Numbered from the stretch's first letter, positions 16,825-26,720 are shown. The stretch is DNA of 64,000 nucleotides from an uncultured Pseudomonadales bacterium (GCA_943846605.1 OX044361.1:2098673-2162672); one strand, 5' to 3'. Made by a program: numbers and translations. Notes: a model not told the origin generated them from the letters alone.

Positions 16825-18234
16825 ATGGCCAAGACAAAGGCACATGGAGGTGCTGTTGTGACAAATCCCAGGCCAGACCAAGGTGCTGCTCTGTTTTCGT
16901 CGAAGAAGGTGCTGGCGAACTTTGTTGTGCTGGTGCTGTGTTCTCAGTTCGCTTTTTCTGTGCTGGCCATGAAAGGTGTATTGCTGCCGCAAATGCTTGA
17001 ACTTTGGCAGATTTCTAAAACTCAATTTGGCATTCTGATGTCAATTTACGGCATCGTTCACAATATCTTATATGTCGCATTAGCGTGGGCGCAGGATCGC
17101 TTTTCCGCGCGAATACTCATTCCAGTGAATATGGTTTTGGGCGGGATAACTACTTTTTTTCTGGGCACAACGACAGATTTTGCGGTGCTGTGCTTTCTAT
17201 TTGTCATGCTGGCTGTTTGGTGTGAAGGTGCGTTCTGGCCAGCGGTACTCTCAGCGGTGCGCAAGTCTACCTCTGATGAAAATCAGGGAAAGGTTTTTGG
17301 CCTTTTGGAAGGTGGTCGAGGAGGCATCGAGCTGTTACAAAATCTGCTGACGGTTGGGTTGTATACCCTATTGGGCTATAGCCTTTTAGGGCTGGAAGTC
17401 GCGTTTATGGTGAACGCGGCGATTATGGTTGTTCTGGGGGTGGTCGCGTGGTTTATGTTGCCGAACGAAACCCTCTTGAAATCGGGCTCAGACCGAACTA
17501 AAGCCAATCAAGAGGTGGTTGCGGGAATGGGCATTATGCTGCGTTTGCCAGAAGTTTGGCTGGCCGGCTTTGTCGGCTTTACGGTCTATGTGGCCTATAC
17601 CAGTATGCCGTTTTTTTTGACGTATTTGACTGACTTGCATGTTCTGCCGGTTCTCGCGATCTCTTTTTTTGGCATTGCGTCTACCTCTGGTGGCCGCATC
17701 GGCATGGCTTTACCGGCCGGTTTTATTGCGCAACGTTTTTTTGGTGGCGCGGTAGGCGGGATGCGCTTTGGCTTAATTATGGTGGTTCTCTTAAGCGTGC
17801 TGATGACTCTGTTGCCAGCGTCTAATGCGTTTGCTGTGCCGGCCATGTTGGTTATGGCCGCGCTCGGTTTTACATTTTTTTTCATGCGCGCGCTGTATTT
17901 TGCTCCCTTCGGTGAAATGGGCCTGCCGCAGCGTTTTTCAGGCGCAGCAATTGCCATCGCCGCGTTTATGATCTACCTACCGACCTCGTTTGCTTACCTG
18001 CTGTGGGGCGCATTGTTGGATCGCTATCCGGGTGTTCTGGGTTATGCCTTTTTATTCTCTGCGCTTGCCGGGGTTGCTCTGTTGGGTGTTTTGGCGGCAC
18101 ATGTATTGAAACATCGGCTGAACCAGGGCACAGCTGGCAGAATTGCACAAAAGGTGCAGGCATTGGATGAAAAGCTTGGACTAGATGGAAAAGAAAAGAC
18201 GCTCAGTGAATTGATCGATTCTGCCCCAAAGTGA
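16825..18234 (+). CDS. MFS transporter
   Basis: About 12 hydrophobic segments, AQDRFSAR loop motif, NQGKVFGLLEGGRG; 7 bp after the MDR gene. Confidence 0.88.
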   Translation: MAKTKAHGGAVVTNPRPDQGAALFSSKKVLANFVVLVLCSQFAFSVLAMKGVLLPQMLELWQISKTQFGILMSIYGIVHNILYVALAWAQDRFSARILIPVNMVLGGITTFFLGTTTDFAVLCFLFVMLAVWCEGAFWPAVLSAVRKSTSDENQGKVFGLLEGGRGGIELLQNLLTVGLYTLLGYSLLGLEVAFMVNAAIMVVLGVVAWFMLPNETLLKSGSDRTKANQEVVAGMGIMLRLPEVWLAGFVGFTVYVAYTSMPFFLTYLTDLHVLPVLAISFFGIASTSGGRIGMALPAGFIAQRFFGGAVGGMRFGLIMVVLLSVLMTLLPASNAFAVPAMLVMAALGFTFFFMRALYFAPFGEMGLPQRFSGAAIAIAAFMIYLPTSFAYLLWGALLDRYPGVLGYAFLFSALAGVALLGVLAAHVLKHRLNQGTAGRIAQKVQALDEKLGLDGKEKTLSELIDSAPK

Positions 18235-18270
18235 GGCAATTTATGAGAGGTTGCGGGTGCGCCGTGCGGG

Positions 18271-19263
18271 TTATTGAACGGTTTTTAAAAAAGACTTGAG
18301 TTGCGTGGGGGTAGTCGCTTCGCCGTTCAGCTCGCCGAAGAAGAAATCGAAGTAGTAGCGGAAAGAATCGAGGAACGCGTTTACATCTCGCTTGTTTTTG
18401 GTATAGCCGGTCGTCCCGGCAACTACGGTGGGACTGTGAAAGTTCCAGGTAAAGGTTCGCAACCCTTGATCGAGCAAAGATCGAGTCAGTTTCACATGCT
18501 CTGCAGGCGTATAACCCTCTGGTGACAGGATCAGTCTGTCAACAATTGACAGGCGAGATAGAATCCAGCGGGCTTTAAATAAATCGAGATGGCCGGCTAT
18601 ATCATAGAGGGTCTTTGAATGTCGGCCTGCAGCGCCGATAAAACCGCCAGACAAAGGTATCTCGAGCAGTTTTTGGTTCTGACCAAACCAGTAGGGGTGC
18701 GACGTATACTGACTGAAGTCGGGTCCACCGTCAGCTTCGTAGTTGAATCCTGTACAAATGGAAACATCAATATCAAAGCCCAAGGATTCCATTATGCGAG
18801 CGGTGTTGGGTCCGATGCCATATCTTCCGGCCTTATAAATATGTGGGCTATCACCAAAAGACTGTTCGATTTGTTCTTTTAGCGTTTTGAGCTTGTTGTA
18901 TTCGGTGTCTTTGGGCAGGTTGCCGGGGTACATGTTAGCAAAAGTCAAAGCCTCACAGTGCGGGGGGTTTACCCAAGGGTGCAGGTGAGCACCGATCTCA
19001 CATCGTTTGTCGTCAAAAATTTCTTTTAATAGGGCGACGCTGGACGGGTTAGCCGCGACCGGGTAGTCGATGACGTAGCAAGGGACGATATTGTATTCGT
19101 CGAAAATATCTTGCACACGATAGAGTTCCGACATTGCAGAAACGGAAGTGGCGTTCCGGTCCGGGGGCTTGGACCAGTCAAATTCCTCCTCTGTATCTAC
19201 GACTACAATCAACTGAGGTTTGATGTCTGCGCCCAGCGCTATTAACTTGTTCTCGTTGATCAT
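18271..19263 (-). CDS. Polysaccharide deacetylase family protein (WalW-like, exopolysaccharide-locus type)
   Basis: VVVDTEEEFDW, EIGAHLHPWVNPP, YKAGRYG, LLEIPLS, FHSPT. Confidence 0.88.
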   Translation of the reverse strand: MINENKLIALGADIKPQLIVVVDTEEEFDWSKPPDRNATSVSAMSELYRVQDIFDEYNIVPCYVIDYPVAANPSSVALLKEIFDDKRCEIGAHLHPWVNPPHCEALTFANMYPGNLPKDTEYNKLKTLKEQIEQSFGDSPHIYKAGRYGIGPNTARIMESLGFDIDVSICTGFNYEADGGPDFSQYTSHPYWFGQNQKLLEIPLSGGFIGAAGRHSKTLYDIAGHLDLFKARWILSRLSIVDRLILSPEGYTPAEHVKLTRSLLDQGLRTFTWNFHSPTVVAGTTGYTKNKRDVNAFLDSFRYYFDFFFGELNGEATTPTQLKSFLKTVQ

Positions 19264-19746
19264 TTTTCAGTTTGTTTGCGGTTTCAAAGCTCAATTCCAT
19301 TCATGGGGAGGCTCAAAGTGAACGCTGTCGGAATTTAGTATAGAGCTTTATCAGATAGCCGCACACACCCTAGCTGTGCGCTAGTCCTTAAATATCGAAA
19401 TTGTTGGGGGTTAATTGTGCGATTTTGATTTTGATTGCAGTGCGGTTGGGACTCGATTTTTAAATTTGCACCAATTTAAGGTGTTTTGAGAGAGTCAGTG
19501 CTTACCCCGAAAGGCATGCCCAGCGATTGCGGGGAGCGGGGGCGAACTTTTTAGCACGGATAACATCTCTGCTGGATGTGGATTGCTCACGATTTTGTTT
19601 GCTAACTTTGGCTGACAGCGTTCAGGGTTTTTTTGTCCGCGTCTGACTCGTATAGTACAACCGATAGATTCGCGCTTGGTCTAGGCGAGCTTTATTTAAG
19701 GGTAAGGGCAACGAGACTCGAAATTGTTTGGTTATAGGGGTTAGAG

Positions 19747-20874
19747 ATGGCGGATGTTTTTGGACAATGTGATTCACGTTTTTCCGCGGTGAGAGATATT
19801 TTTGCTGACAACCTTGCCAGTGGAGCAGATTTAGGAGCTTCATTTGCGCTCACGATTAATGGCGAGATGGTCATAGATCTTTGGGGCGGGTATCTTGATG
19901 AGGCTCAGGTAGAGCCTTGGCAAGAGGACACTATTGTTAACGTTTGGAGCACCACCAAGACTATGTCGTTTTTATGTGTTTTGCTCTTGGCCGATCGAGG
20001 GTTGCTCGATTTTGATGATGCGGTTGCTCAGTACTGGCCGGAGTTTGCGCAGAACGGAAAAGAGAACGTTAAAATTTGGCATTTGATGAACCATGCCGCG
20101 GGGCTCTCCGGCATGGACAAGATAATGACACCGGATCAGATGTACGATTGGGAAATGATGGTGTCCTTGCTTGCGGCGCAAGCGCCTTGGTGGCCGCCGG
20201 GATCGGCGACGGGTTACCATGCGATCACTCAAGGTTATTTGTTGGGTGAATTAGTCAGGAGAATTACCGGCAAAACGATGGGCACTTTTTTTCAAGAGGA
20301 GATCGCAACACCTCTGGATGCGGATTTTTTTATTGGGGTGCCCGATAGCGAGTTTTCGCGGATCGGCAAACTCGTTCCCTTCGAGGGCGGCGCTGCGCCG
20401 AGCGCAGAAGCAGGTACGATCGCTGCGCGAACGTTTAGTAGCCCCTTTGCGCCCGCGGCGCATTCATGGACACCGGGGTGGCGGCGTGCGGAAATACCTG
20501 CTGCCAATGGTCATGGCAACGCTCGATCCGTCGCCAAACTGCAAGCGCCACTGGCATGTAAGGGTAGCGCTTTTGGGGTAAAGCTCTTCTCGCAGGACAC
20601 CGCTGAATCGGTGATGAAGCCCCGAATATCGGGTACCGACCTTGTGCTTGGTGTCCCGCTTTCTTTTGGGCTGGGCTTTGGGTTGAATTCAGAGGCTATG
20701 CCGCTGTCGCCGAATAAAAATGCCTGCTACTGGGGTGGTTGGGGTGGTTCAGTCATCCTAGTGGATCAAGACGCGGCATTGAGTTTGTCTTTTGTCATGA
20801 ACAAAATGCACGATAGCGTTGTGGGTGATCCTCGATCCTTAAAGCTGATTCAAGCTGTGTACAACGCGTTATGA
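19747..20874 (+). CDS. Serine hydrolase, beta-lactamase class C-like family VIII esterase
   Basis: VWSTTK (SxxK), HLMNHAAGL, GYHAITQG, PAANGHGNARS, WGGWGGS. Confidence 0.92.
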   Translation: MADVFGQCDSRFSAVRDIFADNLASGADLGASFALTINGEMVIDLWGGYLDEAQVEPWQEDTIVNVWSTTKTMSFLCVLLLADRGLLDFDDAVAQYWPEFAQNGKENVKIWHLMNHAAGLSGMDKIMTPDQMYDWEMMVSLLAAQAPWWPPGSATGYHAITQGYLLGELVRRITGKTMGTFFQEEIATPLDADFFIGVPDSEFSRIGKLVPFEGGAAPSAEAGTIAARTFSSPFAPAAHSWTPGWRRAEIPAANGHGNARSVAKLQAPLACKGSAFGVKLFSQDTAESVMKPRISGTDLVLGVPLSFGLGFGLNSEAMPLSPNKNACYWGGWGGSVILVDQDAALSLSFVMNKMHDSVVGDPRSLKLIQAVYNAL

Positions 20875-22085
20875 ATCAAAATCAAAACAGTGCTCGATCG
20901 CCGGTTGCTGAGCTTCCTACTGTGGATTGGCTTGATCTGGCGAACAACAAGCAGAAATTTATGGGTGATCTCAGGCATGCACTTGCGGACTGCGGTTTTT
21001 TGGTCCTGACCAATGCGCCGGGCTTTGATGATGAATTTCAGCAGCACGCGTTTACTCAAGTTAGGGCTTTTTTTGACGCACCTATGGAGATCAAAAAGAC
21101 CGCACATATTTCCAATACGCCTTATTTTCGTGGCTATACGCTGCCCACACCGGCTGATCGCGGGCACGGACAGGTAATCGAAAATTTTCAATATGGTTTT
21201 GAACAGACCCCTGTTTGTGCGCATGATGATGCCTCCCAGCCCATTCATAAGCGTTTGTTCCGTGGGCCGAATACTTGGCCCAAAACCGACAGTTTGCCGG
21301 GATTTCGGCCGCTGATTGAGACGCTAAACAACAGTTATCACCAACTCACTCACGCCCTGTCGGAGCTCATTGTAGAATCGCTGGGTGTGGATCCCCGGGA
21401 ATTTCGCAAGTATTTCGATTTCTCCGAACCGGATCTGGCCGCAAGCCTGAATCACAATTTTAGTTTGGATGTATTTTCTCCGGAGGCGCAGGAGCAGGTG
21501 CGCCAAGCATATGATGAATTTGACAGTCCAAATGTCGGCACACACATTGATGGGCCGCCTTTTATTGCGTTACTGATTAACGATCGACCTGGATTGCAGG
21601 TGGTCGCGGATGAGGGTCAATGGGTGAATGCTCCCGTGACCTGTCGTACGGCTCCGGGAGATTATCCAGTATCGGTAATACCCGGTTCGGTAATTGTGAA
21701 TACCGGCGGCACGCTGATGCATTTGAGTCAGGGGCGCTATAGCGCGACGCTTCATCGAGTCAACACCACGCTGATTCCTGCTGGTCAGACCCGCGTTTCA
21801 ATGCCTTATTTTCTGCTCCCCAAAATGGAGGGTGATTTAATCCCTTTTGCTGGCCCTGGTGTAGAGCATCCAGTGAGTTCGGGCTATAACGCGGGCCGTG
21901 ATCGCGGGGCCAACGCCTGCGTCAACCGAATGGGCACATTTCCGCAGGTAACTCGTCGTTGGTGGGTTGACGAGTTTAAGGCGCTCAGCGAGCAGCAGCG
22001 CAAAGAGGTGGAATCCGAAACAGCGGCGGCCTTTAAATTGGCTCGTGAGCGTGGTCTGCGTCGCTCAACGCCTAAGATGGGTTAG
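20871..22085 (+). CDS. 2-oxoglutarate/Fe(II)-dependent oxygenase, IPNS family
   Basis: GFLVLTN, YFRGY, HID (HxD), TLHRV, RVS (RxS); ATGA overlap with the esterase gene. Confidence 0.9.
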   Translation: MNQNQNSARSPVAELPTVDWLDLANNKQKFMGDLRHALADCGFLVLTNAPGFDDEFQQHAFTQVRAFFDAPMEIKKTAHISNTPYFRGYTLPTPADRGHGQVIENFQYGFEQTPVCAHDDASQPIHKRLFRGPNTWPKTDSLPGFRPLIETLNNSYHQLTHALSELIVESLGVDPREFRKYFDFSEPDLAASLNHNFSLDVFSPEAQEQVRQAYDEFDSPNVGTHIDGPPFIALLINDRPGLQVVADEGQWVNAPVTCRTAPGDYPVSVIPGSVIVNTGGTLMHLSQGRYSATLHRVNTTLIPAGQTRVSMPYFLLPKMEGDLIPFAGPGVEHPVSSGYNAGRDRGANACVNRMGTFPQVTRRWWVDEFKALSEQQRKEVESETAAAFKLARERGLRRSTPKMG

Positions 22086-22123
22086 CCGCGCGTATACCTT
22101 TTAGTTTGCAACGGGAAACAGGG

Positions 22124-22615
22124 TTACGGTTGGCGGTCAAGGGGTGTCAATTTGATGATGGGTATGGTCCGCTTTACGCGGTTTTGGTACTGCGTAAAAC
22201 CTGGATTAAATTGGGTAAATTGTCGCCAGAGCTCGGTTTGCTGAGGGCCGTGCACAGTGCTCGCTTTGTAAGGCGCGGCGATGCCATCGCGCGTGACCGT
22301 GACGTTTGAATTATGCTGCAGGTTTAGAAACCACGCGGGTGGTTGTGCTTGACCGCCGCTGGAACCGATGACGTAAAGAATGACTGGTGTGGCAGAGTCC
22401 TTCAGGTACAACAGCGGGGTTGCTCGATTTATTCCAGTTTTGCGGCCGATGGTGGTCAGCAACAATGTCGGTGCCCCCAAGCCGGCGATGCTGATCCGCC
22501 CTGAACTTTTCGTGAGCAACCAGCGATCTAAAGGGGATAGCAAAAAAACAAACAACAGGCCGCCCGCACGCGTGCTCGAAAAGCGCAGCAGCAATCGGAA
22601 AATGGCGTGTTTCAT
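22124..22615 (-). CDS. Deazaflavin (F420)-dependent nitroreductase family protein (FDOR-A, Ddn-like)
   Basis: LLLTTIGRKTG..RATPLLY, SSGG..PPAWFLNL, RTIPIIKL. Confidence 0.88.
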   Translation of the reverse strand: MKHAIFRLLLRFSSTRAGGLLFVFLLSPLDRWLLTKSSGRISIAGLGAPTLLLTTIGRKTGINRATPLLYLKDSATPVILYVIGSSGGQAQPPAWFLNLQHNSNVTVTRDGIAAPYKASTVHGPQQTELWRQFTQFNPGFTQYQNRVKRTIPIIKLTPLDRQP

Positions 22616-22861
22616 CGCGGGCCTGGTCTCGTTTTACGACCTATCTCTAGGTTGGGGTAATCAAGCAGCTATGAGCGCGGGTTGAGCCGGTTCAATGCAT
22701 AGCTGCTGCGTCTTGACCTGCAGGGTAAGGCAGGCTGTTTTTGATAGGAAGTATTTTTCGCAAACGGCACTGGCGCCTTGTCCGGATCACCTGCAGAGCA
22801 GGCTGCCGGTTGAAAAATCAGTGAAATCATTTAGGTTTAGAGTTAACGGTTAACAGATAAA

Positions 22862-23569
22862 ATGAAAGGTGATCCTCTGCACACCCAGTTGTTTGAATAT
22901 GAAATAGCAGCTGAAACCATAAGCAAACAGGCGTGGCTTCAGAACTGGTCAGAACGGACGCAAGATGCGCTGGGTGCTGAACCGGGCCTGCAGGCCTGTG
23001 CTGCCATGGGCTCATTGGATTGCGACGAACAGGTAGTTATTTTTGAACGTCTCGAGAACGGCACGGCGGCGCGCGAAACCCTTGCTGAGCGTCCTGACCA
23101 TGCGGCTTTGAGGCAAAGGATGGGTCAAACAGATATGACGCGCAGCCGGGTTAGGAGCCTGCGGTTTGTGGATTTGCCAGACTATGGCTGGTGGCGGCGG
23201 CCAGAACGTCACGACAAAAGATTTGCAGCCGGTGTTGCGGTAACCTTAATTGCCACGCGATTCGCCGATGACAATTCGCGCCAAACTTACCTGAGATTGA
23301 CGCGCGATCATGCTCGATATTGTTATTTAAAAGAGTCAGGCACGTTAATATACAGCGCAGGTGAGGCTTGTGTTGACAGTGAGCGTGCACTTGGGGTGCA
23401 GTCGGGGGATTTATTATTTGTTGCCGCTTTTGCAGATGATGCCTCGGCTGAAAAGCACCGTGTGGATCTGGCGCATGTTAAGTTGCAAGAGAAACTCGTC
23501 AATGTGCCCCGAACGCGGGTGTTTGTCCGATCTTATGTAACGACGGGATATGGCTTCTTGTGGACATAG
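22862..23569 (+). CDS. Hypothetical protein, probable tandem dimeric alpha+beta barrel (ABM/NIPSNAP-like)
   Basis: 235 aa ORF filling the gap. Two halves ending AARETLAERPDH and ASAEKHRVDLAH, and KESGTLIY, resemble ABM-type domains. Confidence 0.5.
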   Translation: MKGDPLHTQLFEYEIAAETISKQAWLQNWSERTQDALGAEPGLQACAAMGSLDCDEQVVIFERLENGTAARETLAERPDHAALRQRMGQTDMTRSRVRSLRFVDLPDYGWWRRPERHDKRFAAGVAVTLIATRFADDNSRQTYLRLTRDHARYCYLKESGTLIYSAGEACVDSERALGVQSGDLLFVAAFADDASAEKHRVDLAHVKLQEKLVNVPRTRVFVRSYVTTGYGFLWT

Positions 23570-23638
23570 CTCAAATTGCGGTGCTCAGGCTATGATAATA
23601 ATGATTTCAAACACAGACAAAAATAGAGTTACCTGCTT

Positions 23639-24823
23639 ATGACCCACGCATCGCTTGTTGTTTTGCTGCTCTGCCTTATTGGATGCGGCGGTGGCGGCGG
23701 TCAGTCCGAATCAACACCTACGAGTTTTGCGGGTGCGGATAACGACGCAGCCGGTGGGCAGAATCAGGACGAAACGGGCTCGGGCGAAACTGGAGCTGAT
23801 GAGAGTTGGTCTCTTGAGCGTGTTACGCCGGAGACCGTAGGTCTGGATAGCGCCCAGATCGACCAGCTATTTTCTCACATTTATACCGATTCAGCCGTCC
23901 AGTCGGCGACTTTGGTCAAGGATGGCATGATCATTGGCGAGCGTTTTGCGGAGGGTGTCTCGGCGGACACCATCGGCACCAGTTGGTCTGTTGCGAAGAG
24001 TTTCTATGGGGCTGCGATCGGCGTCGCGATTGACCAAAATTGGATCACCGGTGCCGACCAAAAAGTCAGCGACTTTATCACCGAATGGCGTGGGTCAAAC
24101 AAAGAGGACGTGACCGTGGGGCAACTCTTGGAGATGCGTGCTGGCATTCCCGATCGGTCCGGCCTCTTTTTGGCCCGAGATCAAACTGCGTTTGCGATCG
24201 GTACCGACAAGACCGCGGCTGCCGGCGTAAGGTTTGTCTACTCGAACCCGACCTCGCAATTGTTTGAACCTCTATTACAGCGATCGGCAGGGCTGGATGC
24301 GCATGCATTTTTGCGCCAGGAGATACTTAGCCCAATTGGCATTGACGTCAATCGCATCGGCATGTGGCTCGACCCTACCGGTGCCCAGCCTTTGACCTAC
24401 ATGGGCCTGGACATGCGCCCTGAAGATTTCGCTCGATTTGGCGTACTGATGGCGCGTGGTGGTTTATGGGAAGATGAACAGATTCTCTCCAGCGCCTTTG
24501 TCGCGCAAAGTCTGTCGGCAAAGAGTCCGTTCTATGGCTACCAGTGGTGGCAGCTCAATGCCGCATATTTTGGTCAACCCGTGCCAGTGACCGTGTCTGC
24601 CGCGCTGGGTCTCGATGGGCAAGCGATCTATGTCTGGCCCGAGGCTGATCTGGTTTTGGTGATCCTAACTAAGTATCAACACAGTCGAAATCAGGGTTAT
24701 GTGTTGAGTGAAACTAATTTCCCTGACACCTGCACAGGGCGTGGCCGTTGCCCGCCTGGTGCCGAGACCGTTGAGAGATATGATCAATTTGAGCTTATTC
24801 GATTGCTCAGCGAGCTGAATTAA
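23639..24823 (+). CDS. Lipoprotein serine hydrolase (beta-lactamase-like, NylB/6-aminohexanoate-dimer hydrolase-like)
   Basis: Lipobox LIGC followed by a Gly/Ser linker, SWSVAKS (SxxK), FVYSN (YxN), ARFG, YGYQWW, ALGLDGQ. Confidence 0.88.
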   Translation: MTHASLVVLLLCLIGCGGGGGQSESTPTSFAGADNDAAGGQNQDETGSGETGADESWSLERVTPETVGLDSAQIDQLFSHIYTDSAVQSATLVKDGMIIGERFAEGVSADTIGTSWSVAKSFYGAAIGVAIDQNWITGADQKVSDFITEWRGSNKEDVTVGQLLEMRAGIPDRSGLFLARDQTAFAIGTDKTAAAGVRFVYSNPTSQLFEPLLQRSAGLDAHAFLRQEILSPIGIDVNRIGMWLDPTGAQPLTYMGLDMRPEDFARFGVLMARGGLWEDEQILSSAFVAQSLSAKSPFYGYQWWQLNAAYFGQPVPVTVSAALGLDGQAIYVWPEADLVLVILTKYQHSRNQGYVLSETNFPDTCTGRGRCPPGAETVERYDQFELIRLLSELN

Positions 24824-24872
24824 CCATGATTTTTTTGCTGCGGTTGTGACGTTTGTGGCTGGATCGTTGTGG

Positions 24873-26720
24873 TCAACGATCGGTCGGTGGTGCAAACACC
24901 AGTAATGCATTTCCGGCCATTCGGTCGCCGAATAAGTAGCCGGAGTTGATTAGCACGTGCCCTCGGTAAATCACCGGGCCGTCGGACTCGATGCTGCCGC
25001 CTGCGGCGGTCTCCCCCGAGACAGAAGCGAACTCGGCATTGGTATTAAAGTCCCATAAAATCTCGCCGTTGCTGCTGTCATAGGCGCGCAGGTGTCCGTC
25101 AAAGGCACCGGCAAATACGACGCCAGGTATCGCCGTGGCGGCTGCCGATAAACCCGGATCACAGGCGGGTCGATCGTTCGGCTCACACACCTCTGGCGCG
25201 GGCGTATACCACATGATTTTTCCGTCGACGGCGCTCAACGCGTATAGTCCGGGCGAGCGTGGTCCCTTAAAGCGCCCTGTAAACGTGGTGTCTGCATTGG
25301 GTGCAAAGATGGTGGTGCCCTGTGCAGCGAGGCCCCAGTGAATGCCTCCAGCAAATCCGCCGCGACCGATTTTTTTGCGCCAGATGAGTTCACCATTGTC
25401 TGGATTTAAGGCAAAAACGTGCCCAGATTTTTGACCAGCGATCACCCGGTCTTGGCCATCGACCGATACCAATATTGGGGGTGCGCCAATATCTAGATCA
25501 GGACCGTCCTCCTCGGGACAATTGGCCCCGCCACCGATGAAACAGGCCATATTCCAGGCATCTCCGCTGAGCGACTGGTAGTGCCAGACGATCTTGCCGG
25601 TGGTCAGATCAATGGCCAGAACTGAATCGCTTGTATCGGCAGCTGGGGATGTATACGCCTCGCCGGTGCCAACGTAAAGCTGGTTGCGTTTGGGGTCTAT
25701 CGTTGGGGAATTCCATATTGGAGCGCCTGCGGGATGAAATAGGGGGCTGCCGGCTTCATTATTTCGACCGGTCGCGGCAGGGGTTTGGGGGATGGCATAG
25801 GTGGTCCATAATTTTTCGCCATTGGCGGCGTCAAAGGCGACTACGCCACCCCGAAAAGTACAACAACTATATCCGGGATCAGCGGCACTGCCCCATTCTG
25901 TGGAAGATAGCGGTACATAGAGTTTGTCTTGGTGAAGTGTGGGTGATCCAGTTAACGTTGTGTCAGGGTGAGCGTCTGCTCGAGCGCGCCAGATTTCTGT
26001 GCCGTTTGATGGATCGATCGCGTAAACGGTGCCTCGAATGTCACCAAAATAAGCGCGCGTGCCTGTCTCGTTGATAGCAAGTGCGCTGCGTACTTCTGCA
26101 TCAGCGCTATAAGTCCAATGTGTGCAGCCGTCCTCTAAATTGAGGGCATAAACCGTGCCATCTTGGCTGCCAACCAGCAGTGCGTTGCCGAAGGGCGAGG
26201 GTTGACTGCGCGCGCGCGTGGCACCTGGGTAGGCAAAAACCCATTTAAGCTGAAGGTCACCCAGAACATTTTTACTCAGTTGGGCCACATCAGCCGGTAT
26301 GAAGCGCGTGCCTTGCTTGGACAGGCTCCAGCCTGCTGTGACCGGCTTGACTGCGGGTATTTCGGTCGCCTCACAGCGTTTGACGGGTATACGAGCGATG
26401 CTTTCTCCCCCCAAATAAGCAGCCAGAGTTTTGATCTCGTTGCGGGTTAGGTCTGATGCATAGGTCGCCATGACGCCCTCGTTTAGGGCAGATTCAATGG
26501 CTTTTGCGCCAATGAGTTGAAATTTGATTTGGTGAGGTGCTTTGGCAACGCTGCCGTCGTGACAATGCGCGCAGCGATTGTTGAATGTTGCTTGCGCATC
26601 AAAGGTTGCGGCTGGAGTTTCTGTTGAATTGGCGGATGAAATAGGGTTTTGTCCAGCGCTCAAGTCTGCCACTGAACACAAGGCCGCGATGGCAACGGCG
26701 GTTAGGTTAAAAATTTTCAT
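24873..26720 (-). CDS. Quinohemoprotein PQQ-dependent dehydrogenase with N-terminal cytochrome c (polyvinyl-alcohol dehydrogenase-like)
   Basis: Signal peptide from ATG 26720, CAHCH heme site, vicinal SCCTFRG, APIWNSP, GPDLDIG, AGQKSG, and Trp-docking PQQ repeats. Confidence 0.9.
   Translation of the reverse strand: MKIFNLTAVAIAALCSVADLSAGQNPISSANSTETPAATFDAQATFNNRCAHCHDGSVAKAPHQIKFQLIGAKAIESALNEGVMATYASDLTRNEIKTLAAYLGGESIARIPVKRCEATEIPAVKPVTAGWSLSKQGTRFIPADVAQLSKNVLGDLQLKWVFAYPGATRARSQPSPFGNALLVGSQDGTVYALNLEDGCTHWTYSADAEVRSALAINETGTRAYFGDIRGTVYAIDPSNGTEIWRARADAHPDTTLTGSPTLHQDKLYVPLSSTEWGSAADPGYSCCTFRGGVVAFDAANGEKLWTTYAIPQTPAATGRNNEAGSPLFHPAGAPIWNSPTIDPKRNQLYVGTGEAYTSPAADTSDSVLAIDLTTGKIVWHYQSLSGDAWNMACFIGGGANCPEEDGPDLDIGAPPILVSVDGQDRVIAGQKSGHVFALNPDNGELIWRKKIGRGGFAGGIHWGLAAQGTTIFAPNADTTFTGRFKGPRSPGLYALSAVDGKIMWYTPAPEVCEPNDRPACDPGLSAAATAIPGVVFAGAFDGHLRAYDSSNGEILWDFNTNAEFASVSGETAAGGSIESDGPVIYRGHVLINSGYLFGDRMAGNALLVFAPPTDR

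Noticed and set aside
19495-19550. Riboswitch or ncRNA around CC-GAAA-GG in the 480 bp divergent intergenic region
   Set aside because: Only a 2-bp-closed GNRA loop is present; I could not build the conserved cores of c-di-GMP, TPP, cobalamin or other known motifs.
23593-23607. Fur box TGATAAT-A-ATGATTT
   Set aside because: The right half is poor (4 of 7) and the downstream hydrolase has no iron link; it is more simply a -10-like AT-rich element.
19747-24823. Beta-lactam resistance genes
   Set aside because: Both SxxK proteins fit the esterase/amidase branches (family VIII, NylB-like), not AmpC.
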